Source: Chiloscyllium plagiosum (taxonomy: Eukaryota). From it: a stretch of DNA of 20,000 nt. Below, one piece after another: positions 1-11,147 of this stretch; position 1 is the stretch's first letter, and each line of letters starts with the position of its first letter. Made by a program: the position numbers and the translations under genes. The DNA lies in NCBI RefSeq assembly GCF_004010195.1, contig NC_057719.1:49723875-49743874 (forward strand). Reading direction: 5' to 3'. The notes beneath the pieces are model-generated. The model ran no database searches and was not told the DNA's origin. It saw nothing but the letters and a program-made list of their open reading frames with translations.

Positions 1-889
1 GTATTGCAGTGTATCAGTGTCAAACAGCATAGGAAATTAATGCAGTGAGTATGATCCCTGCTGATATTATTATTAGACAAATTAGATCCTAGTCTGAAAT
101 CTAAATTAATTGATTTTGTTTCAATTAACAAGGTAGACTTTTACTGGAAATATAAACTCTCAATGCTGCAGATTTGGCTTTAACATTAAAACAGAAGTTT
201 ATTACACAAAATAAATGCAGATAAAATAGAATAAGCCAAACTATTTACATATAACATATGTTGAAAGATTTCAAAACACATGGTGAAGATATAATCCTAT
301 TTATCCCAACACCATCACTTTAAAGTAAGCAAACCGACGGTGAGTTTTCTTCTCTATCGCATCTAAAGATTTGACTTAACCATTTCTTCCAATTCCCCTT
401 CTTGAGATGTTTTTCCTTAATAATTCGTACAATTGAATTTAGACTTTTGTAGTTTCAAATAACCCCTTCAGGGTTATAATAAAATACTTCCAGTCTGGAA
501 CTTTCAAACTAAAATCACCACAATAATGTAACCTAATTCCTAATTGTTCCTTTCTTGAGGAGAAATTGTTCTTACATCGAACTTCAACCAGAACATCTAC
601 AAAACAAAACCAAAAGCTTTTCGATGTTATTAATTAAAATAATCAATTCCTGATTCTTCTAAATCAAAAGCAAGCTAAGGATTTTCAGTGTTTACTTTGT
701 TTGACCATAAAACTCCCACAACACAATTAAATCCCCATTATTACCACAAGAACTCTCAATCTCAAACTAATTTTTAAAAATATGGCTCTAGAAAGAACGA
801 CAAGTTAATCATTACCCCTCATAAATACAAACCAAAACCCACATGCCACTAGATCAAAACACAAACTCTGAAGTAAATAATATTAATCT

Positions 890-946
890 ACATATACACA
901 CATACATACACACACACATATATATATATAATACACACACACATAT
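890..946. repeat. Compound (CA)n/(TA)n microsatellite
   Basis: Seen directly: acatatacacacatacatacacacacacatatatatatataatacacacacacata. Confidence 0.9.
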
Positions 947-1970
947 TAATGAATCTAGAATCTGAAGAAAACACACCTCAGAGGAGTATTTTCAATCTTT
1001 ATACATTAGGTGAGGAACTTCACTCTCAGAGAACACATAACATAAATTTGACATTGGATTTACATGACTTCCAACTATTAATTTAAACCTTTAGAGAGTC
1101 ATGCACAGCAAATCTTTGAGATGCACATTTGACAGAAGAAAACAACTTGCAAGTATTCAATGCAAAATCAGAAAGTCATTCATTTGTTATAAAAGTAATG
1201 ATTAAACACATCTTTTAAACAGGAAACTATCAAACACTAGAAAACCAAATCATCACTTAGAAGATTAAAAACCTCACCTACCTAAAGTGCAAATTAAACA
1301 ATGAAACTGACATATTAAACTATGTACTGCAGCACCAATGTTGTTAGTTCAGTGCATTTTATAATCCATCTATTTTAAGAGACCCTATTCCATGTTGGCA
1401 AGTGATATTAATGAGGAAGCTGGTGAAAAATCTTTGTAGATTCAGCATGAGACTACTTACAAGATTACATTAACATAAGAGAGCTAATGAGACTCTTGCA
1501 TGCTCCAAAATAAAGCTTTTTATAAACCGAAAATGACTTTTGCCAATCTGGCACTGAAAGCAAAATTCAGAAAGTGCATTCTCTGAATTCACAGAATACA
1601 TTCCTACTGGAGCCACGTCAGAGCATAAATCTCGAATATCATTACCAATCTCTTCTCACCTATCCAAAACATCATCATCCACTTTTTATAGATGCTTGCT
1701 GACCTGTTCTGAGCACTTTCTTAGAATTCCAGATTTATCGTACTTTACCATAATTTACTGCCCAAGTGACCAAGAGATGCTACACCATGTCCAAGTGTAT
1801 TGCTTTTGTAATTTCAAATATAATTTAATGACATTCCTCGTCTCTTCATTCCTTCCTTTTTATGCTTTTCTTTGCCTCTAAACAACTTCACGCAGAACCA
1901 CCTCACAACCACCTTCGTGCTTTCAGTTGTGAAATGGAATATAAAACTATGGACTTAATAAGACAAACAA

Positions 1971-2044
1971 TGGCCTAGTGGTATTATCGCCAGATTATTA
2001 ATTCTAAAACCCGGATAATGTTCTGGAGACCCAGATTTGAATCC
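1971..2044 (+). promoter_or_regulatory. tRNA-type (Pol III type 2) internal promoter remnant in the LINE leader
   Basis: A box TGGCCTAGTGG (1971-1981) and B-box-like AGATTTGAATCC (2033-2044). The homologous position in the copy at 11476 reads GGTTCAAATCC (11548-11558), a good B box. Confidence 0.6.
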
Positions 2045-3055
2045 TGTGATCACAGATGGTGAAATTTTAATTCCAGAAATAATTGAAACCAACCGTGAAA
2101 CTTCTGACAATTGTCAGGTAAACCCATCTGGCTCACTATAATGTCCTTCAGGGAAGGAAATCTGTCATCCTCATCTGGTCTGGCCTACATGTGACTCCAG
2201 ATCTACAGCAATGTGGTAGATTCTGAACTGCCCTCTGAAATGGATTAGCAAGGCTGACCCAGCTAGTCACTCAATTGTATGAATCGCTAGGAAGTCTTAA
2301 AAAAGAAATGAAACTGGACTGATCACATGGCAACAACCTAGATACTGGAAGTAATATTGGCAAAAATAGCCCTGTCAACCCTGAAAAGTCCACTTTACTA
2401 ACATCTGGGGACTCGTGCCAAATTGGAAGTGCTATCTCACAGACTAGTCAAGCAACAGCCTAACACAGTCCTACTCGGAATGATACCTTACAGCAATGTC
2501 CCAGATACCATCATCACTATCCCTGAATATGTTCTATCCTATGGACAGGACAGAACCAGCAGAGGTGGTAGCACAGTGGTACACAGACAGGAGGGAGTTG
2601 TACTGGGAGTTCCTCAACATTGACTCCAGACACCATGCAGTCTTGTGGTTTCAAGTTAAACATGCTCAAGTACCCTCCAGCTGATTACTACATACCATCT
2701 TCCCTTGGATGACGAATCGGTACTCCTCCATGGTGAACAATACTTGGTAGAAGCATTGAGTGTGGCAAAGGAACACAATGTACTCTGGGGTGGGGTTTTT
2801 AATGTCTCCCACCAAGACTGGCTTGGCAGCAGCAACACTGATAAAGCTGGTTGGATCCTAAAGGACGTAACTGCTAGACTAGATCTGCGGCAGGGGCTAA
2901 AGAAACCAACAAGAGGGAAAACCATACTTGACCTCCTCCTCACCATTTTCCTTGCCGCAGGTGTCAGTATCAGTAACAGGGACTACTAGGGAGACAAAGT
3001 CCTGCCTTCACATTGAGAATACCTTACAGTACACTGTGTGGCAGGATCACCTTGA

Positions 3056-3188
3056 TCACTAGGGGAATCAAGGGTTTCAGGGAAAGGACAGAAAAATGGA
3101 TGAAAGGAGTATCAGATCAGGGAGGATCGTATTACATGGTGGAGCAGGATTAAGAGTTGATTATTCCTATTCGTTATGGATCTTATAG
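3056..3188 (+). mobile_element. Short CR1 3'-end fragment nested in the LINE
   Basis: ggaatcaagggtttcagggaaaggacag...atcagatcag...atggtggagcagg...ttatggatcttat resembles elasmobranch CR1 3'UTR ends and interrupts the LINE coding sequence. Confidence 0.6.
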
Positions 3189-3811
3189 TTAAAATGGAAC
3201 AGACTTAGGAAAGATCCAACAAAAGAATAAACTAGGCATTTACGAGGTACTTTCAGCCATCAACAGCACAGAACTGTACTCCAGTACATTCTGTAACTTC
3301 ATGACCCAGCATATCCCCAACTCAACCATTACCATCAAGCCAGGGGATATACCCTGGTTCAATGGAGAGTGCAGGAAGGCATATCAAGATCAGTACCAGT
3401 CGTACCTAAAAATTAGGTGTCAACCTGGTGAAGCTACTAAACATGACTGCTTGCATGCCAATTAACATAAGCAGCAAGTGATTGACAGAGCTAAGCAATC
3501 CTACAGCCAACGGATCAGATCTAAGCTCTGCAATACTGACACCTCCAACAGTGAATGACAGTGGACAATAAAACAACTCACTAGAGAGGAAGGCTCTACA
3601 AATATCCCCATCCTCAATCACGGGGGAGCCCAGCTCTTCAGTCAAAAGATAAGGCTGAAGCTTTCGCAGAAACTTCAGCCAGAAGTGCTGAGTGGATGAT
3701 CCAACTCAGACTCAGACTCAGTCTCCAGCATCATAGATACCTGTATCCAATCAATTCGATTCACTCCAACTAATATCAGGGAACAATTGGAGGCACTGGA
3801 TACTGTAAAAG

Positions 3812-3868
3812 TGTTAGGGAATAAATCTTGTGCCATATAATTTATGACAAAATCATTGGGACCCAACA
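3812..3868. mobile_element. 57-bp TG...CA insertion with a 4-bp AAAG duplication (possible minimal LTR remnant)
   Basis: Interrupts the LINE motif DT(A)K|AMGPDNIP. Begins TGTTAGGG, ends CCCAACA; AAAG at 3808-3811 and 3869-3872. Confidence 0.45.
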
Positions 3869-6800
3869 AAAGGCTATGGGCCCTGACAACATTCCAGTGA
3901 AAGTACTGAAGGTTTGTGCTCCAGAACTTGCCACTAGCAAAACTGTTCCAGTACAATTACAACACTGACATCTGCCTGACAATGTGGAAAATTGCTCAGG
4001 CATATCTTATAAAATAAGAACTGGTCAAATCCAAATAGGCCAATTACTAGCCTATCATTCTCCTCTTGATCATCAGTAAAGTGATGCATGGTGTCATCAA
4101 TAGTGCTATCAAGCAGCAACTGCTCAGCAATAACCTGCTCAGTGACGTCCAGTTTGAGTTCCAGCACGGCCACTCAGCTCCTAACCTCATTCCAGTCTAG
4201 GTTCAAAAGTGGACAAAAAAGCTGAATTCCAGAGGGTGATCAAGTGTGGCATCAGAAGTCCGAGCACAATCGGAATCAATGGGTATCAAAGGGGCTAACT
4301 CTGATGATTGGAGTCATACCTGACACATAGGAAGCTGATTGTGATTACTGGAGGTCAGTCGTCTAGCTCCAGCGCACCTCTGCAAGAGTTCCTCAGGGCC
4401 ATGTCCTAGGCCCAACCACCTTCATCTCCTTCATCAATGACTTTCCCTCCATGATAAGGTCAGAAGTAGAGATCTTTGTTGACAATGCTTGGCACCATTC
4501 ACAACTCCTCAACTATTGAAGCAGTCCATGTTCAAGTGCAACAAGATGGGGACAATATCCAGGCTTGGCTGATAAGCAGCAAGTAACATTTTCATTACAC
4601 AAATGCCATGTAAAGACGTATTCCAACAAGAGACAATCTAGCCATTATCCCTTGACATTCAATGGAGTTACTATCATTGAAACCTGCAATATCTACATCC
4701 TGGTGTTACCAATAACCAGAAATTCAGCTGGACTCATCATATAAATACAATGTCTACAAGAGCAAGCCAGAGGTTAGAAATACTCCAACAAGTAACTTAC
4801 TGTCCGACTCCGCAGAGGTTGTCCACCATCTACAAGGCACAAATCAAGAGTATGATATAAAACTGCCCACTTGTCTGGATGGATGCAGTTCCAACAACAT
4901 TCAAGAAGCTGGATATCATCCAGAACAAAGCAGTCAACTTAATTGTTTCTGGATGTGGTGCCATTCATTCCGTCCACCACCAATGACGCACAGTAACAGC
5001 AGTGTGTACTACCTACAAGATGCACTGTAAAAATTCACCAAAGATCATTTGACAGCACCTTCCAAATCCACAACCACTTCCATTTAGAAAGACAAGGGTA
5101 ACAAATACCTCAGAACACAAACATCTGCATGTTCCCCTCCAAGCCACTTACTATCCTGACTTGGAAATATATCCCTTTTTCTTCACTGTCACTGGTACAA
5201 AATCTGGAATGCCTTCCTAATGACATTGTGGGTCTACCTACAGCTTATAGATTGCAACAGTTCAAGAAGATACCTCACCACCACCTTCTCAAGGGCAGCT
5301 AGGGATGGGTAATAAATGCTGGTCCAACCAGCAATGCTTATATCCCATGAATGAATAAGAAAAAGGTATTTTAAATTAGCAGTGCACACATGTATCGCAC
5401 AACTATTTCTTTGAGATTATATTTTAGAAATTTCAGGCAAGTTTTGGTACTGTTGTGATATCATTTGACCAAATCACTCATTTCCAAGTTTTGCTGATGG
5501 CTCTGCATTTTCAGAAATGTTTCTGTGAAGATGTGATATTATTGCGAAAATGCAGTGAATAAAATTAATATGCAGTTTCCACAACGTTCCGCTTACGAAA
5601 GCTGCAAGAAATATTTTCAGTTTTAAGCAATATTCATATAGATGGTATGCAACAGCAGCAGTATGAAATTTCAAGTAAATGAGCTGCAATTTGTGATCCC
5701 TGCACTGATATTCACTGGAGTTATTTATAAATGCCATATTCCAGCATGTAGCAATGTTCTTTAGAAATGGAAACCTAGAGAGACACACCAAAATATCAGA
5801 TGTTTCAGAGACAGTGTGAACAAATCTCTAGTGACTCATGAGTAATAATAAAGCTATATTGAGTGATTGACTAAGATCTTTTCCAGATATCCGTAATATG
5901 TGATTTCGAGTTTCCATTGACTGATTAAGCAACCGTTTCTAAATATTGTTCATATCACTATGCAACACTGGATATGCTATTTCTATATTTATTGTTAATT
6001 GGCATGCTTGCCTAACTTCAAAGCATGGTAGTTTAGCAGGCTAATCGACAGGGAAGAAATATTTTGAGGTGGTAAATATATTTTTATCATGTTTACTGAT
6101 TATTCACATTTTGCAGCTAGCATCAATAACCATCTGTAAATGCTTCTTCCAAAGGCACTGCAACCAATTGCAATATTCTGAATTAACCTGCTGTAAAAAT
6201 TACTATTGTCCAATCGAAAACCCAGCTATGACATTGACAACAAGCATGCAGGCTCATTTCCACTTTGACATAAAGTTATGCAATATGTCTACAGTGCTCC
6301 CCCAAAATCACTGCAGGGATGTGCAAATGAAACGCGCGCACACAGCAGCACCCTGATGCTGGAAGGCTGAAAATCAGCTGGCGTCTGTCTGATTATGCCG
6401 GTTGGTGAAGAAAGCTAACTTGAGAAGTTAACCAACAATGGCCCACTGTAATTTTATGAGGCATGGAAAAACTCTCTTGTTCTTTCTGGCCACTGCAAAA
6501 CTCACTCCCAAAACAATTCCCAGCATTTTTGGAGCATTCTCCAGCATACCCTTGAAGGATAACTGATTGGCACAATGAATGCCTAGTACAGCTGATCCTC
6601 GTGTGCACAATGGATGCTCTACCTTTTTATACATGAAAATAGCAATCAGGATCCAACGCCTGACAGGAGACTCTAATGTGAATATTCATCTGCTTCTTAC
6701 TAGTTATGGATGGTACTGCAAGGAGACCACATAAAGACCAACATAAAAATTAATTCAGGTCAGTCTTGGATAACAAAAGGTTGTCCAGATGTTCCTACCC

Positions 6801-7240
6801 AATCTTTGACTCCCATTTGTCTGATTTCAGACAAGAAACAAGATAGAAAGGCAGTTGAAAATCACCCCCAATATGTTCAGGTGATGTTTTTAAATCTATT
6901 ATTTTATTCTATTATCAGTGTTCATCAATTCTTAATGTATTTATATAATGTATTTATTTAAATAACTAAATTACATAAAGAGAAATTTCATGGGATCATG
7001 CTCCTGTATTAATTGCTAATAACAAACTGTACATCATCCAGAGTGCTAAAAAGACGAAGTATTGCTCATCTATTATTGGGATGTTCAGTAAGAATTCTCC
7101 TGTGCAGAAAAAGCTGGCTTCTTCTTCACTCATCATGTTGAAAACTTCTCTGACCTTTCATTCACTCCGATCAGTATTTTTGCTAACAAGAGATTCACCT
7201 TGCAGCGTACATGTCCTTATCTTAAGCCAAGTGATTCATA

Positions 7241-7652
7241 ACATGGCGGATGGTGAAATTTGAATTTTATGAACATCTGAAATAAAAGCTTTGCCTTTCG
7301 AGAAGGCAATCTGCTACCCTTACCTGGTCTGGCCTACATATGACTCCAGCAAAGTGGTTGACTCTAAACTGCCCTTTGGGCCAGGCAATAAACATTAACC
7401 TAGCCAACTTGCCATAGTCTTACCAGACCATCAGGCTCTAATTACAGAGAGACAACTGGGGGTGATTAAACCTGAAGGCCACCACACCTCAAGCAAGGGC
7501 AGAGGTTGAGAAGGAAAGCCTTTCATAATAACCTCAGCTAGTGCAGGGATTGAACCCACCGTGTTAGCACAGCACACTGCCTCAGAAGCCAACATCCAGC
7601 CAACTAAGCTAAACTAGCCATATGCTTTCAGCTGTGAACAAATAATAAAAAA
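7241..7652 (+). mobile_element. SINE-A copy (5'-eroded), tail interrupted by SINE-B
   Basis: catggcggatggtgaaatttgaatt...ccttacctggtctggcctacatatgactccag...gtggttgactctaaactgccct matches 2054-2236 and 11560-11770. The A-rich tail resumes after 7620. Confidence 0.75.
7408..7619 (-). mobile_element. tRNA-derived SINE of a second family ('SINE-B')
   Basis: Minus strand starts GGCTAGTTTAGCTTAGTTGG (A box), has GGTTCAATCCC (B box) and ends GGTCTGGTAAGACTATGGC. Candidate TSD CTAGCCA at 7400-7406 and 7614-7620. Confidence 0.75.
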
Positions 7653-8419
7653 AGCTATGACCTTTATAATTACCAGTCCTCCACATTTCCTCAGTATTTT
7701 AGACAAGATGGTCTTTCTGGGAGACTTTACCCAAAGGAGCTTGATTGTGCTGAAATGTGCCAAATTTTCACTTCAGCTCTAAAATTTGGTGCAGTATATT
7801 TTAACACAAGAAAAACTACATTGTCTGGATCACATGTGAACTTTTCCCTTCATTTGGCACTTTTGGAGGAAGTGAACAGCACTCAAAAAGGACAACACAT
7901 TCATTTCATTGTTAAGCTGACTTATATACATCATTTTTGTATACAATATATTCCATCCATGTCAATGATTTTCCAATAACTATTACAGCAAAAGCTGAAA
8001 ACTCATCGTTCATGTGTTAGTACAAAGCTGATCAAATAAGTGATAAAATGTATTACCATTCTTCCAAAGCAAAATCTATCCCATTCAATGTTAAACACAT
8101 TAAGCAACTAATTCAAAATTCAAACAATTCAACATTTGAAAATTCAAATATTGAATATGCAAACTCAATTTATGTATAAACCCATGAGTGATAACAAGAC
8201 ATGTTTACCCAAAGTATGATCGCCTTTGATTGGTGATCTGAGGTTAAAGTCACTATTGATCGTCGCTCTCTGATGAGATAGGAGTCCTCTGGGACTATGT
8301 TGACTTTCAGTACAGTTATAAAGTTGTTCAGATAGTACAGGAATACCATAAAATATAACAACTAAATTATACCATATGTATTATGCATTTCTTTTCTTTA
8401 TCAGATTCAAGTTAATTCC

Positions 8420-10563
8420 AGCTGAGTGATAGTCAACTCTGTGGGACTTGACTGGTCAGGATCTGCTGAGGTGCATGACAGTAGCATGTGCAAATCCACG
8501 AGGAAAGATATCATCACCCTCATCTACAAGCGGAAGGGGAGAGGGAGGAAATTAGAAATTGGCGACCAATTTCACTGCTGAATGCAGATAAAAAGTTCTG
8601 TCTAACATTATCGCCAACTGGATCAGGTCTGCTCTGTGATTTAACCTGACCAACCTTTATTGTACTGGGCCTCATGCTCCTCAGGGATATGATCGCCTAC
8701 ACACAGGACAGGAGGTCTGGACACCTGGCTCATCAGCCTAGACCAGGAGAAGGCCTTCGTGCTCTCCAAAATAGGCTTTTGGGAGGGAATCCACAATTGG
8801 ATCCAACTGCTTCGCCCTACACCAACATTGTTGGTGCAGTCTCAATTAACAGAGAGATGTGGAGGTGGGGGGCGGGGGAAGGTATCAGAAAGATCCTGGC
8901 CAGATCTGAAGTCAGGCTATCCACTCTCTCCACCTTGTTTATCTAGAGCCTTTTGTCAAGTCCATCAGGAAGTCCATCAGTGAGCCTCAGAGGGGTGACA
9001 ATTCCATGTCGTGGAGGTCTGCACGTCAAAGCCTCCCGATACATGGATGACATCACCGTTTTCTGCTTGGATCTGCTGTCAGTGCATAGATTCATGAGGA
9101 TCTGTGACCAGTTCGAACCAAGATAAATCAAGGCAAAAGAGACGCCATGTTCTTTGGGAACTGGGCTCACCAATCCTTTATCCCCTTCACCATCAGGACA
9201 GATTACCTGGAAATATGGTTCAGAGGGACAGGGTGTGTGCAAAAACTTAGGAGGAGCATATCATCTAGGTAAGGCAGCAACTGCTCTTTTGGGAGCACCA
9301 CTTCCTCTCTGTTGTGGATAAAAACCTGGTCATCAGGTGTGAGGTATTCTCTGTTGTTGTATGTGGTGCAGGTCTGGCCTATCCCCCGAACCTGTGCCAT
9401 TGCAGTCACCTGAACCATCTTCCATTTCACCTGGAGGTCTAGGATGGACCGTGACCTCAGGGACACCATGTACAAAACTCTGGATAGGGGCAGGGTAAGA
9501 ATGCAACCAATGCTGCCCTCATCCTGTTGACCACCTTTGTGTGTGGCTGCATCTAGTTGTGCATAGACCTTCGGTACACAAAGACCGAGTGTCACTATGT
9601 ACTGAGGTTCTACCTGTCCCCAGTGTTGCGAAGGATGGCCTCTGGAACACTGCAAGTTGTTGGACCATTTTGTATCAACTGTCCATCACATGGAATTTTT
9701 CAAGGATAAACATCTTTGACCACAAGTACATCAGGAAGTGGTCAACATGTCACATCCTCGATTCTCTGCGGGAAAAGGAGAGGATGGATTCTGAGCAGAC
9801 TGTCAAAGTCATTTGGCAGAATGCTTCATCACCAGAACTTTCCAACAAGCACCAAGTCATTGCTTGGCAGGAGGTGAGAATGGAGACCTGTGAGATCATT
9901 CATGCATGCCTGGTCTCTCTGTGCCACTGCATGCTGCCTTCGAAGTGGCTGTGGGCAGGTAGAGATGATGACACATCTCCTTCAGGAATGTGCCTTTGCA
10001 AAGGAAGCCTGGAGACAGATGCAGTGGTTTTTGTCAAAGTTCGTCCCAAGCAGCTCCGTGATGCAGGACTCCATGCTCTACAGTCCGTTTGCCAGGACAC
10101 ATACATAGACAAACATTGATTGCATTGGGAGGACCATTAACTCGGTGAAAGATACTCTTTGGTCTGCCTGAAACTTGTTGGTCTTTCAGAGCAAGGAGTT
10201 GACCTTGACTGAGTGCTGCAGATTGGCACATGCTAAGGTCCAGGACTATGTCCTGAGGGACAGATTCAAACTTGGGACAGTTGCCGTCAAGGTGCAGTGG
10301 GAAAAGACCACCATCTAAGGTCTTTCTGCCAAAGTTAAATGGGGATCTGTTCAGTTATCGGACCCGCCTAGTGCCTCAACATATGTAAATATAGTCTTGC
10401 ATAAGTAAGAAATGCCCTTGGTTTGTTTGCTCGTTAGAGTCAAATTTCAATATATGTTGGTTTCCTCATATACTACTGTGCAGAACTGAACTGCTTCAAT
10501 GACTATGTATGTATATTAAAGATATTTTTACAAATAAAGTATATTTTTGCAAGTAAAAAATAA
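8420..10563 (+). mobile_element. 5'-truncated, decayed Tx1/L1-clade LINE (RT, C-terminal Cys/His knuckle, 3'UTR, poly(A) signal)
   Basis: IITLIYKRKG, NWRPISLLN (8557-8583), SLDQEKAF, YMDDITVF (from 9040), C-terminal CLRSGCG...THLLQECAFAKEAW. Stop ~10316-10318, AATAAA 10533-10538, A-rich tail. Flanking near-duplication ATTCAAGTTAATTCC (8405-8419) / ATACAAGCTAATTCC (10564-10578). Confidence 0.9.
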
Positions 10564-10870
10564 ATACAAGCTAATTCCCACTGATAACTGAAACAGGTAG
10601 GCATTTTACAAAATTAAAATAAAAATGTTTGCACATGGGTTTCATTGGAAAAAATGGATGAGTCATGCAAATAAACCTTGTTAATTTTGGAGCTGTCATT
10701 TTAAAACACCCTTTGATTCAGATGAAAATATTTATGTAAATCAATAAAGCCGATGGATGTTCTGTGACCAGTATACACAAGAGCTTGGGGCATTATTCTA
10801 CCAGTACTACATTTCATTGGAATTTACAAGAGAAAGCAAATTATAGTTTTGAAAAATATTTATGATTTGT

Positions 10871-10958
10871 GTCATAGAATCATAGAGCCTTTTCAGAATA
10901 GAAGGATGCCTTTTGGCCCATCCAGTCCATGCCAGCTCTCTGTAGAGCAATCGAGTCA
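10871..10958 (-). mobile_element. CR1-type 3'-terminal fragment
   Basis: catagaatcatagag...gaaggatgccttttggcccatccagtccatgccagctctctgtagagcaat: reverse-oriented CR1-like tail with an (ATTCTATG)-type terminal repeat. Confidence 0.6.
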
Positions 10959-11147
10959 GGATTGTGAATTGCTTGAATTTGATGTTCCTGTGAGCCAGAG
11001 ATAAATATTTATGCAGTTTATACTTAAATCCAAAGGACATCCAAATACACAATGAAAATGTAATTTCTATAATTATTGAAGATGTACAATTCCCCAAATG
11101 TAAATACATAATCATTTTTATTCAAACCTTTTGTCAAACTGTACCAA

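Larger units (their letters stand above)
2385..5130 (+). pseudogene. Disrupted APE-endonuclease + reverse transcriptase ORF of the LINE (end coordinate approximate)
   Basis: EN start KVHFTNIWGL at 2385, then LVKQQPNTVLL, VLWGGVFNVSHQDWLGS and PTRGKTILDLLLT (ORF 2705-2989). RT: NY*PIILLLIISKVM (~4043), QFEF, VPQGHVLGPTTFISFIND (4388-4441), decayed FADD as FVDN (4475-4486). Many frameshifts and stops. Confidence 0.85.
1968..5364 (+). mobile_element. Near full-length decayed non-LTR retrotransposon (CR1/L2-group LINE, single EN-RT ORF) with a tRNA-SINE-like 5' leader
   Basis: Leader 1968-2236 matches the SINE-A copies (A box TGGCCTAGTGG 1971-1981, degenerate B box 2033-2044). EN and RT motifs run 2385-~5000. 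The 3' tail gggcagctagggatgggtaataaatgctgg...atcccatgaatgaataag (5293-5360) is shared with SINE-A. Confidence 0.85.

Noticed and set aside
1..880. AT-rich tract that might be a reversed LTR/ERV leader
   Set aside because: No termini, primer-binding site or coding motif I can demonstrate.
5474..5791. 105-aa minus-strand ORF with a plausible acceptor (TCTCTCTAG|G near 5775)
   Set aside because: No recognisable protein similarity and no consistent partner exons; cannot support it as a host exon without homology or RNA data.
8170..8361. Minus-strand ORF with a possible GTAAAC donor
   Set aside because: Short, unrecognised peptide and no clear acceptor.
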